Of a DNA stretch of 64,000 nucleotides, positions 21,816-34,632 are shown piece by piece. The notes below the pieces were generated by a model. It ran no database searches. It saw only the letters and a program-made list of their open reading frames with translations, and had not been told where the DNA came from. This DNA is from Kudoa neothunni (Eukaryota; Animalia; Cnidaria). Each line of letters begins with the position of its first letter. Within the stretch, counting starts at the first letter, position 1. Location of the stretch: contig OZ199839.1 of assembly GCA_964304625.1 (NCBI GenBank), positions 6,151,000-6,214,999 of the forward strand. The letters are read 5' to 3'. Both the position numbers and the translations under genes were made by a program.

Positions 21816-24529
21816 TTATTTATTTTGAATTGCCTTTTTTACAATGGACATTTCTCTACCTGAAATTGAGCAAAGATCTGATAATATCATCAAATAATGT
21901 AGTTTCTACGTGAAGATTAGATTATTGGGTTAGAATTAAACTATTACATGTTCCATGTTGTCAGTACATAATAATTTCAGAATTACATTTTTGGTGTACC
22001 TGAAAAGTTAATTATACTAATCATCAAGAAAAGTGTCATACTGCAGCCGAATAACTAGACACTTAGTTAGCTCGCCGATCGATTGAGATTTTTCGTGTTC
22101 GTTGAATAAATGCCCATACTCCTCAACTACTTCAAGTTTTTCCTGCGCGTAATCTTTATTTATCTCCTATATGATGCGTTGGATATTTTTGTTAGGTTTG
22201 ATAAATTTACTTGCTGATCCAAAAGTTCTTCTTTCAACTTTTTACAATCAATATTAAGATGACTGATTTTGGCGCGAAGCTCTTGAATCATGTTGCTCTG
22301 GTGATGGTGACTTTTCAGGCTCTCTTCAAGTTGATTTTTCAACTCACTCACATTTGTAAGCTTAAATATAATTGATCGACTGATAGTCAATAATAGATTG
22401 TAGTGTACATTTATATTAGCTTGATTCAAAGCATCGTTTGAACTCTGGGAGATTGTTTTATTGATCTCTTTAATATGTTGATATTTTTTCTTTAGTTTAT
22501 TCACCTAAATTTTTTATTTAATAGATCATTAATTTTACTTAGATATTTATTCAAAATTGAATTAGAACATCTTGTACAATTATCCAATAAATTTTTATCT
22601 TCAAAGTAGAATTAGATTCTATTTACTTTTTAAAAATTATAAGGATTAATATTAATAAAGATATTAATAATAGTTAATTTTGTTATATAAGAATTTATTC
22701 CTCCGATGACTAAATTAAATATATTTGAAAATTCTTTATATAATTTGAGATGTGATAAATGTAAACTGAAATTTAAATTAAATAAACAACTCCAATCTAG
22801 AATTTTGGAATAATAGTTTTAATTCACATTAACTTAGTTATTTAATACGTCAAATGTTATACGCAAATTTTTTGTATGTTACGCATGCGCGAGATATTGC
22901 AAACTTTCGTTCTTAACTTAATGTAGATAAAGATTATTAGATTATGGGACCTATCAAATTTATTATTTGGATTATTTTAACAATAATGGTTATTATATAA
23001 TTCATAGGTCGTTAATTATTAATTTTCTAGTAATGTACAATTTATTCATTTTAAATCTTCAAATAAATTATTATTGTATAAAAAAAAGTTTGTTTACAAA
23101 AATTTTAAGTAACCAGTCTATGGCTGATAATTAATCAACAAATGATTAAAGTATATTTTCCTCCTTTGTAGTAAATACATGTTTGAAAAATTTACATTTA
23201 AAAAGGCACTTTTTAAATATATTAATTAAATACTTTTGATTCATTTTTTGATATTTCCAAAAAGTGTTTTTTAGCCATTTCTTCTAACCTAAATGAAAAA
23301 TAAACATTAAAAATATTAATAAATTAATACTGTGAACATAATTCATTAATTTTTTCATTTTGTTGATCTATGATGTTGTCTTTTTGGGAAATTTGTTGTT
23401 GCAACTATAATTTGAAAATGTTGTCAGCTTTAATAAGAAGCCAATAAATTACTGAATATTTTATGCGATTGACCGTATTGTTGTCAATATAGTTTTTATT
23501 GACTGAATCCGCCTATAAAGGATCATACAAGAAGTTGGGTACAAATATTACTCTCTTAAGTCTTATTTCTAAGGATTGGTTTTGTTGCATCAGTTGGTCG
23601 TTGATTTGCATAAGTTGTTTTATCTGCTCATCCAATGAATCATTTAGTTCAGTGGCTTTTTTATTTTCCTCAATCAGATCTAGCATTTTCCTCTCGATTT
23701 CCATTATTTGAGTGTACTGGGTTTGGAAGTTGTTCTCATAATTATTGAGTTTACTCTGCTAGAATAATCATAAAAGTTTCATAATTTCTTATTACCATCA
23801 TTTGATTTGTCTTTTCCAATAGTAGATTTTTGTTATCCTAGATCAAACTTTAAAATTACTCTAGCTACCCTCCTACCTGATCAACTGCATTGACTAAATT
23901 AGGCTCAACCACATCACTAAAAGTACAAGTCTAAATGAGCTAAAAATAAAGATGGCTTGAATAGATTCAACAATTACAGTGTTGATACTATTGATAGTGC
24001 TGTTTGAACTAGAACTTGAGCAATCGTTTTCGTTAAAATTATTTGAAGAAATATGGGTGAGGTTTCTCGAAGATGGTAGTTTAAACCCTGCTGCAAAGTT
24101 GTCCAAAAATTCTATTACAATTTAAGTATTAAAATAAGTAATCACGATGATAGTCAATAATGTACGTGAGTTAACTGAACACGAACTGGAAAATGATATA
24201 TCTGCATCTCTGAATAACTCCCCGGCTTTGTTTTCGTCAGCTGAATCGTAATGTACAGTAGGTTGAGCCTCATGATGTAGTTGGGCAACTGGGCTTCCCC
24301 AACGAGGTCTTATTGAACCAACCGATTTATCCAGTGGAATAAAATTCAGTTTTGAATCATTTTCTGGTCCATCACTATTCGTGTCCATATTGAACGATTC
24401 TTTCTGGCTCGCCCATGTCCCTAACAATGATTTCTTGTTAGCTGGATCTGAATTCAGGTTTTCAGTTGTATTGTTCCCAGTAGACTGGTTTAATTCACTC
24501 AAAATTTTAGTTTTTAAACTTTGAAACAT
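21816..24529 (-). CDS. GRIP-domain trans-Golgi golgin (golgin-97/245-like), multi-exon coiled-coil protein
   Basis: N-terminus MFQSLKTKILSE resembles the golgin-97/245 MFxxLKxKIxEE motif. Central exons are heptad-rich. The manually spliced last exons read LQYTKNVILKLLCTDNMEH-KLHYLMILSDLCSISGREMSIVKKA, a GRIP-like sequence with the conserved Tyr. Stop at 21816. Confidence 0.7.
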
Positions 24530-25846
24530 CACTAACAAATAGTTTTATTTGAATGAGTCTATTCATCTCTGAATGACACCTTTGTAGAACTAATTGTAAA
24601 ATGTGTGATATAGTTGTCCAAACAACTGTCCTCTGAAGATGTGTTTGTGTTATATAATAACGATTAAAACATATACAATTGATTCTTTGGAGACAGGAAA
24701 ATACAAATATTAAAGAAAGATTTTAAATTATGCGAAACTTATTGGATTTTGGCTAGTAGCCCTATGTTTCATATAAAAAATTACGACTCTCGTGAATCTT
24801 CAATACTAATTATAAAAGATGTCGTTATATGAGTCCCTATATTCCTATATGTGTGAGGATCGACAAATTTCCCTTTTCGAATGAAGCTCGAGTTGATCAA
24901 TGAAGCTCTAAATGTATGGCAAGGCTATACGAGTTTTCATGTTACTATAAAATTCGTTTTCGATAAAAACTATAATAAGCCAAACAAGTGTGTTTTTATG
25001 TTAAATACTTAGGGTATTGTGGGAAGAGAACATGAGGAATGTTATATGACCCTTCGAGTTGCCTTTAGCGTTAATAGAGACGGCCTGGTCTGTAAAATCT
25101 AAAAAATCTAAAAATCATCAAAAAGTTATTCGCCGTTTAAAAAAACTCTTCAAAGGTTTGACATATAAATACAAATCGAAGACATTTAATAGTTAACATG
25201 GTCTATAACGAATGCCTCCCTTGCGAAACAAAGAAGTATTGATCGGAAGGAAAGATTTCAATTAGCAGCATCCGGAGAAATGATCCAGCAGATATATCTA
25301 TCATCTAGCCTTAATTTCACCATATTAAAATTATTTAATAAATAATCAAAACTAATGAATAACAATATTTTCACAATATTTAAAATATTAGATATTAAAT
25401 TATTTATTTTCTAAAATATATTTTTAGAAAGCATAAGACCGACGACATGCACTAAAATTAATTAAGAACGTTTCCCCCAGGATATATCAAATAATAATTA
25501 AGCATAAAAATGGAGAAACCAATACTAAACAACTCATGTTTTTGACTACTAGGTTTGGAATCTATGTAAAAATAATTAACGAAAAGTTGTAAATTAAATG
25601 AACCACTAAATACCTATGGTAAGGTACCTACGAATGAAAGCGGCTACTAATCATTTTACTAAGCAGTAATTTCTCAAAAAAATTAATGAATTAAGAATTT
25701 TTCGTGCATTACCAGTGTTTGAACTTGAAATAATCCAAAATGAGAAACTTATAAGAGTTAGACTATCGTATAACTGCGCAAATTACCACTCATTGAGACA
25801 TAAAAACAAACAATTTAAATAAGTGAGTAAGAATGATATTTTATAG

Positions 25847-26984
25847 TTAACGTACTACTTTACCTTGTGAAGTGTAAAATTTTCTCAAGTTTTGAAACTT
25901 GGGGGGTAGAGGAATTATTTTCAGAGACGGCCAATGAAATCGATTGCCAAATGAAGAATCCATCATATCACCAATATCTACATAGTCTTGAATATCACAA
26001 CCAGGGTCTGATGCTCTTGATTTGGATCTAATTTTGGGAGTGCCCTTCACAGTTGCATTGGGCAATGAGTTAGAATCAAGCATTGTTTCCACCGAGTCTA
26101 CACATGCCAAGTCACAAATCTAATGAATTATTTTTGCATAAATCATACTCGATTTTTTCATTGGAAGTTTTGGACGAGGATCACCAATTGAATTAGGTTT
26201 GTGCAATTCATTATCTGGCACTACATAATGATAAAAAAATGCCACATAAGAATAATCGAAAGAAATGGGGAAATTACCAGAAAACTTGGTAGATCTTGCT
26301 GGCCTTGGTGGAGGCCCTTTAACACTTAAAAACCAATTAAACACACGAACCAATGAGTTGATGAAAATGACTATCTCTCTAATTACATGTCACCCGGCGA
26401 ATTATATAACGAATTTTTCGACAAGGAACCTACGGACACAAATAGAATCCATGGGGATACGATAAAAAGTTACCAGACTTTGGGGGAATAACTGGAAGAA
26501 ATCCTTTGTTCAGTTGCACAGTAGATTCACCATTATCTCCTCTAGTTGATCGGTTACGACCTGGTGGTGTTGGAGGGGCATTTTTGGTTGGCATTGCTGG
26601 TAGATTTTTAGAACGGAAGTTTGATAGTTCGGATTCCTGATTCGAAATGGAAGATGGGTTTCTGAATGATGATCTTACTCCAGGTATGGGTGGTGGTGGT
26701 CCCCTCGGTAACGGAGGGGGTGGGCCTTTTATTGAAGACCTACTTTTTACTAAAAAACATCAAATCAGAGTTAAAAACCATTGTTTATAAGTATGCAAAA
26801 ACAAAATCTATTTATAAATATTTTGTATGTACCCTCTTCATTGTCGACAGTATCTTGACGAGGAGGTGGCGGTGGAGGAGGCCCAGTATTGCCTCCCGCG
26901 TTAGCTGCCGGTGCTCTTAAAACAGTTGAAATTCTATTGAAAAGTATTGATAATTGAAACTTACGAATTTCCTCCTTTTCGCAT
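25847..26984 (-). CDS. WIP/verprolin-like proline-rich WASP-interacting protein (3' end uncertain)
   Basis: ATG at 26984 splices in frame to a polyproline exon (MRKGGNSISTVLRAP..GPPPPPPPR). Several Pro-rich exons follow. The C-terminal FGNRFHWPSLKIIPLPPKFQNLRKFYTS resembles the WIP WASP-binding segment [27 protein letters not shown]. Confidence 0.65.
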
Positions 26985-28849
26985 TCAAATAACAAAAAAT
27001 CTACTATCCAAATTTAACACTTTGTGATTTTTTCGTTTAATTAGGCTGTCTGCCTGGTCCCACTCTAATAACACTACAGAAACAGCATTAATTTCAACTT
27101 CTCTCCAATCGAAAGTAAGTAATAAACGATTACAAACAAGCAGTTTACGTTAAATGACAGGTTAAAAGCTTAATAACTCTAACTAATACGCTTATAGTTT
27201 TACACGAAGTTCTACAACTTTATCGAACAGGGGATTTTATCGGATTCCACTGAGATACGCGCTGATATGACATGATATTCCTACAAATCATTGGACGCTT
27301 GGGTTCAAACCATTTTTTGAGAATCCCTCTCTGCCAATAAAAAAAGCTTTTACACTCTTATTTGAAATAGGCTTAAACATATTAATCGGTGCTTTGCATT
27401 AAACCTTATCCAAAATTTGCATTCGAATAATTGTAAAAACATTTTAATATTTAATTAATTATTTAAAAGAATAATTAAAAAATTGTATTCATGAATGAAA
27501 ACGCTAATGTGATGATTTTTATCAAATTTTACAATTATTGAGTCATATCACGAACATGACGAATAATATATCCTCTTTGTGCTTAAATAATACCTAACTT
27601 ATGTGAAAAATTTTCCAATCTAACTATATATCGCTAAGTCACCCATTCAGTTCAGAAATTTATAGCAGTTATATTGGTATAATAACGCTCGGAATTTTTG
27701 TTATTATCTAAATCGGCTATTAAACATGAAAATATTTAAAACGATGATTCATTTGTTCAACTGTCAGCTTTGTTTCACCATAACAATTTATCCTATTACT
27801 GAAAATCTAAAACTCAGCTGTTAATGATAAATTTTCATAAAAGACTGATGCATTTAAGCCAGAATGTATCTAAAACATACTGTCGACTTGAGAGTTCATA
27901 TGACTGTGGTGGCCAAAATTGAAAATTGTTTAAGCTAATTTAATTAAACGACAAACTTAGTTATCCACTGGTCGTGTATTCCTGCCTACCAAACCACGAA
28001 CCACAGTCGAATATATTCGTGTTTAGGAAGCTAATTGTTCTTTCAAATAATCGGTGAGGGTCGGATTATTTTTAAATTAATAATTCAGCCATTTATTGAT
28101 TTAAACTTATTTTAAAATAACACATCATTGAATTTTAATATATTTAAGGGGATTTAGTTATGAAAAAACATTAAGGAGTTAATAACATGACACTGAAGAG
28201 AAGAAACGTTTTTATTGTGATTAGTCTTAATTATATTATCCATGGGAGATATTTTGATTATATCCAACATGTATGAGATAAATTTTAAATCATTCGACCC
28301 AACATGGCACTAATATTTTCTAATAAGTCATCTTTAGGTAGGCTTTAAACATCTAACAGACTTTATCTGATGTTAATTATGAACAGCTTGGCACAGAGAT
28401 TAAATTTATAAGATTAATTTTATCTCCTGTGAGTTTAATTCAAGACATAAGATAAGTTATCTATTAATTTTTAAAGGAAACTTATTGTCAGATGATCCTG
28501 CTTTAGCGATAAATCAAGATAAGATAGATCATGGTAGTTATTAGTGTATTTTATCAATATTCATGAGTATATTAAAGATTGGTTAATTAGATATATATTT
28601 GAATAATTTTCATTTTTGTTTCTCGATAATTATTATTATACATTATCTGTAATAAAGGAGAAAAATTAATGATTAAATTGCAGAATAATGGCCATAATCC
28701 AAATCAGCGATAACGGATAAAAACGAACCTGTTAGTTATTTTAGTTTTTGTATTTATCAGTGTTGCATTATAATTAGGTTACTTTCGGCATTATATTTGT
28801 TATCAATAATAGTTTCAGTAATGTATTATTGAAACAACTGTTAACCCCT

Positions 28850-29190
28850 CCACTTAACTTATCCTTACATACTTATGCGGTAGTGTGGGACTTCAACCCA
28901 TTAAACATCCTCGTCTCAGGGCGACCACCACCCCACACACTATCCCTTTAAGCACGTTGGCTCTGTGAGGTCTGAAAAGTACTTACCTTTCGATGGGTTC
29001 CGGAGATTCCAATTCCTATTTACGCTCACCCCACTTTGCAGCGAGTGTACATTGTAACCACAGCTACCAAATATAGGATAGAGAATCACAGACACGGAAA
29101 GCAGTAGTCTAGTAGTCTGACCATCAGCGGATTCGAACCCATTACCTCGTAGTTCTGAGTCCGAGTGTCACATCGATGTGCTATCCGTCC
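28850..29190 (-). mobile_element. tRNA-derived SINE-like insertion
   Basis: Minus-strand head 29190-29118 has an A-box-like GATAGCACATCGA and B-box GGGTTCGAATCC, followed by a GC-richer body. The stems pair poorly. It interrupts the left arm of the foldback element. Confidence 0.55.
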
Positions 29191-29285
29191 TCGAGGGTTA
29201 CTGCAACTGGCAATACCATTTAATCGATCGAGTAAAGCATACTTTATTTTTCCTAAAATTGGAGTTTGACAAATATGATTTAAAT

Positions 29286-29930
29286 CAAGGGTTCTCAACC
29301 TCTTTTTCAAATTTACCCCATCAGCCTGACGAATAATCGAAATTCACCCCTTTGACTTGTTTGGATGCCAAATTCACATTTACCATATGGTTTATACTGG
29401 TTTAGCTAGAGCAGAGGCTACTTGAGGGGTAAATTCTGATCCAACAAAACATGTATGCTTGCATAATGACAATTTTTAATCCCATCAACTGTTACTCACG
29501 AACTGTATATAAATTTTATTCTTTAGACTTGACTAAATAAAATTATTTCTTTCCTAATCCTCCGCTCTATGGGACTAGAAATAATTAAAAATAGTCAAAA
29601 CTAATGACACTTAAATATTATTTACCATGAAACTAGTCATTTTAATTATTATTATTATTATTATTAGGTTACACCATTAAAAGATCAACGAGACACGAAA
29701 CAATGAGACTGAGAATAATTTTATAGAGAGCTGTTAAAAACTTATTCCTAAAAACATTTAAAGAATGTTTGCCTAATTCTTATTGAGTTTAATAGCCTTG
29801 AATAATACGATTACTTAGAAATCCTGAAGTACGTCATAAATCCATAATGCAAAAATTCTCCTTATCTAATTTTGATGTTACTTAATTTATCCCCTGTCAT
29901 TTAAATTTTACCCCCGGTTGAGAACCCCTG
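29286..29930. mobile_element. hAT MITE
   Basis: TIRs CAAGGGTTCTCAACC / GGTTGAGAACCCCTG. 8-bp TSD ATTTAAAT / ATTTATAT (7 of 8 match). Repeated subterminal TTTACCCC. Confidence 0.85.
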
Positions 29931-30427
29931 ATTTATATGGATTGTCCAAATTTCTCCTTGGCAATTACCTGCTATTAATTCTGTCTACAAGAATAAAAAC
30001 TTCATATTTTCCGAAAACAGCGGCTGATTAATTGTATCAATTGCTTAAGGTTAATATCAAAAATAATTTACTGGATGAAATATGGGTAATCCTAATTCAA
30101 TTTTCCAATCAAATATCATTTTAACTTGATTTCAAAAGTCTAGGATTAATTTCAGATCTAATTATAATCATTTATCGGAAAATTCGAACATTATTATTCT
30201 TTATTTTAACCGGCAGAGGATATTTTCATGGAAAATTCTAATTCCAATATTCATACGAATGCGCGTGCGCGTGGTAATTTTTAATCTCATCAACCCTCAT
30301 TCACAAGTTATCAACAGATTCAATTTTTTAGAACCTATTATATCTAATTATTTCTGATCCACTGTTTCACTCTTTGTATTTAAAGTAGTTCTATTCCAAG
30401 CGTCGCATTCATAAAAGTTCTTTAATA

Positions 30428-30923
30428 TCTATTATATAAAGCAAACCAGTAATCTGTGTGTATATGTCGGTGTGTACGCATTTTTCATTCTTTATAGAGA
30501 GACATATCGCTCTGTTTGAGCACACGTATGGAAAGGTGAAATTTTATTTAAACACAGAAAAATACTTTAAAAATTATTAGAAATTAATTTGGTAATTGAA
30601 ATAGTTCAAATAAGGAAGGTAATATTAGGTTATGTATCCAAGCATTAATATGAAATTCATTTGTTGATGTTTAACAAGATTAGACTTATTCATATGGTAT
30701 GATTTAGAGATTACTGCAAATAACAAGGAGAACATCGATATTTTAGGAGCACTAAATAGGAAATTCAAAAATATTAACTAATGTTCATGCGCCCAATAAG
30801 TTAAATAAATCATCAGTTAATTGGGTAATCTTTGTACTATTGATCTAAACACTCTGAATTTACTTTGAACTTCAAATGACCTTGGCCTACTCAAGGCTTT
30901 AGTCTGCGGGGCTTTTGCGCTAG
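30428..30923 (+). mobile_element. Non-autonomous Helitron-like element, copy 3
   Basis: A|TCTATTATATAAA plus a TGTG tract at the 5' end and GGGGCTTTTGCGCTAG|T at the 3' end. Inserted between A and T with no TSD. Shares ~80 bp with 8791-8869. Confidence 0.7.
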
Positions 30924-31952
30924 TATATATATATACTATGATCTGGGGGGTTGCAAACGTGTCCAAATATATTGATAAATGAGGTTTTCTGATGTAAATT
31001 AAACTTAGGTAATATATATTATTAGTAAATTGACGTAAAAAATCAAAACTGAATTATTAAATTCGAATATTAACTTTTTCGTTTCCAACTTGGGTTTAAC
31101 TGTAAAAGAACAAGTTAAAAAATTCCACCTCCATTGGGCTGTATTTTTATATTTTTTCCTGAATAGTTTCAAAATGGTATAGTGATTTAATCTATTTTAA
31201 AACAAATTAATAATAATTATAAAGAAATAAAATGCTAGAATATGCATTCAATAGTTACATAAAGTTCAATTTTAAACAAAATAATTTATTTTTACATACA
31301 TAATCGTAATTGGTTATAATGCAGAATAAGGTTCGAATTTTCCGATAAATGATTATAATTAGATCTGACATTAATCCTAGACTTTTGAAATCAAGTTAGA
31401 ATGATATTTGATTGAAAAATTAAATTAGGATTATCTATATTTTATCCAGTGAATTATTTTTGGAATCAACCTTATGCAATTGATACAATTAATCAGCTGC
31501 TGTTTGTAGCAAATATGAAATTTTTATTCTTGTAGACAGAATTAATAGCAGGTAATTGCCAAGGAGAAATAAATGTTACATTACTCGATTGAGTGTTAGA
31601 GCTTTTAAAAATAATTAAGGTGTTAAGAGTTCAATATAATATTACAACAACTATTGTTGATAACTAATATAGTGTTGAATAGTAACCTAATTATAATGAA
31701 TCATTGATGAATAAAAAAACTAAAATAATTAACAGGTTCGATTTTGTCCGTTGGCGCTGATGAGGATTATGGCCATTATTTTACATTTTAACCTCGTCAT
31801 TTATTTCATATAATTTTTTCGTTAAAATATACTTTTATATTGTTTGATAATATTCACAAATACATTTAAAGAGTTTAGAATTAGTTTAAAAAAATTATGT
31901 AAGGATTATTATTGTTATTATTAATAATAATCAAATAATTTATCTATTTAAG

Positions 31953-31990
<38 letters not shown>

Positions 31991-34632
31991 AAAAATATTG
32001 ATCCATGTAGGTAAATTGATTATATTATGCCATTGTTTAAAAACAAAATAAAATGTAAATTTAAAATGCATTGTAAGTAGTTAATGAAATTTCCACCTTT
32101 TCCTGCAATTAAACGATATATGACTGATATAAAATTTTTTAGCTTTTCATGTCGTTAAAACTAACCATTTTTACATGATATATTATCTGCAGACCACAAA
32201 AAAAATTTTGGCATTAAAGGGTTAAGGAAAATTAATTTATCCGCTTCTTTCCATATTTGCGCTAAGCCCTGGGATGAATTACCCTGTGTGATACTCTGTT
32301 TGAAATATCATATAGTTCGATCTAAAACTTCAACTCATGAATTTCATTATACATAAAACTTGATTTTTAAATGAGTAACTTTTAGATTACAGCGTATATG
32401 TGATGCAAGGATTTCATATGCGTTGATCCGCAACTAGCCTTTCAAAAAATCGAGGGTATGTGGATTATCCTCTATTTCGAAGAGATTAAGTCAATGTATT
32501 AACAAGATTATGCGATTCGTTCACAGCGGATTTTTGTAATCAATGTTAGGACTAATTTTCTTATCAAAATTCAACAATACATTACTTTTTAGAATAAACT
32601 ATTTTATTTATTTAAAATATCGGCTGAACTACAGTACTACAATATCTGTGTACGAACTTCGGTCGGTGTCGCATACAAGATCGGAAATAAAGTCGTTTTT
32701 TATAATTTGTCCTGTTAATTCACTTCTCTTTCAAAAGTTTTTTTGTTTTTTATCTTATCACAAAAAATTACACTACTGAGTTCAATCCAGATAAAAAAGA
32801 ATCCATCTATAAACTGGAAATAAATCTTAAGTCATGCAACAGAGATTCCACGTGAATCTCTGTTGTTGATTAATACATCAAAAAAATTATTATTTCACTA
32901 TAATTTTAACAAATTCAAAGTCGTCAATTGTTCACTGAATTTTTTTTATTTGTATCTGTTAGTAAAAAGTTTTTAAATGTTCAATCTTGTAACTTCATAT
33001 TTTATAAGCAGAACTTTCTGATTTATTCTATTCAACATTAGAAAGACGATTTTTCAATTTAACAATGGCATTCCTCAATGCGATTTTTAGTTTATAAATT
33101 TTTTTAGGTAGTTTTTTCATGATTTAAATACATTTATTACAATATTTGTTCAAAAAATCCAAAATTCAAATTTTAATTTGTCTTATTAAGTTATCTTTTT
33201 ATTTATATACGTTAAATAACAACAATAAAATCAATAACTATTTTTTAATTAAAATAAATATTAAAATAATGCAATCGTCACAACACAAAAAATACGGTTT
33301 TTAAGTATTTAAGGATAAATTAACGATAGATATTAATATGTCCAAAGCATTTTTTTATCTCAACAATATAAAAATGATGTAAAATCAATAATTTAACAAA
33401 TATTACCTCATATTTTGTAATATATTTCAATATTTTTTGGTGGTCGAATGTTTTAAAGACCTATCCAAAACTCGTCGAACTGCTGTGCGCATCCGCATCA
33501 ACAATATAAAACAGCGCTTCTCAACTAAAACTGGACTTTCACCACTTTCTCATATGATAAGGTGTAACTGAATCAAAGTTTCTCAAAAATTATTTTCTAT
33601 TGTGGTCGAGTCTGGCACCCCAAACCCACAGTTTACACCCTTAGGGATAGGGGAGCCACTGTCATGCAGGGTTTAAACATTTTCGATATTTATCGACATC
33701 ACATTTTATTGTTTAACATGACACAATTACATAATTACTCAGTAAACATTGTCGCACATTATTAGAAAATTTTAACTTTATTTCAGAATATATTTTGAAT
33801 TATAAAGTAATTAATTGGGAGTGTATTGATCTACACGAGATATTAAATATGAGTGAGTGTTCGTGCCAAAACATCGCAATCATACGGCGATAACTTAAAA
33901 TTTAATATCTGAAGACGTAATCATTGAATCGAAAAAGTCAACAACTTTAATAGATACAGTTCTATTTTTTGGTTGTACTTTAAATTAATGTTTTTTTTAA
34001 TTCCGCTGGCAACCCTGTGTTAGGGGTGACACCTCGGGCCGTACTTTGGTGACCTCTGATATAAAAGCGGTTTCAGGGTATTAGACTTGCTATATTTTGA
34101 ATTGAGCTTATAATTACTTTTTATTTTAAAATAGTATTTAGTTTTTTAACATAAGATGAAAAAACACGCAAGAATGTTATATCATTATAAAAACAGAGAG
34201 GAGGGGATAAAATCTTGTATAATGGTTATTTTTATGTGATTGACCACAAATCTAATTCAAATCAATGTTGTAGATTTTAGAAACGTGTTTGTAAAGGAAG
34301 TCTTAACATTTCTGTATTGTCACCATAATCACATTGTTACGTTTTATGTTTAAATCGGACTATTATTAACGAGATAATTAAAAAATGTGTTATATATGAA
34401 TAATATTCAATTCAGCATGCAGGGTATACTTAAATATTTTTATCAATGAAACTCGTACAATTCGATTAAATATCATTTTAAAGAGAAAATATCAAATTAA
34501 TACCACAAAACTATGGTAAATATTCTTCAAAATTTTATCTGAAATCAACATCTAAATAATATAATTAAAAATTATATTAATTTCAAATAATAATGCTATT
34601 TTTCTGGAAACATGGTTTTTATTATTACTTTT

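Larger units (their letters stand above)
28671..31793. mobile_element. Long-TIR (foldback/Mutator-like) non-autonomous element carrying nested insertions
   Basis: 29950-30189 is a close inverted copy of 31331-31570, and 28671-28850 is an inverted copy of ~31620-31793. No clear TSD. Confidence 0.75.

Noticed and set aside
24760-25310. Possible ancient RTE-type LINE reverse transcriptase fragment
   Set aside because: Only a faint resemblance (..LRVAF..) and no intact RT motif; not supportable by eye.
28980-29000. TACTTACCT resembling the U1 snRNA 5' end
   Set aside because: The following sequence shows no U1 stem-loops or Sm site.
29118-29190. Possible tRNA gene, including tRNA-Sec given PSTK in the window
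   Set aside because: Acceptor and anticodon stems pair poorly, there is no long variable arm or CU-UCA-AA loop, and it is fused to a longer inserted body. A SINE head fits better.
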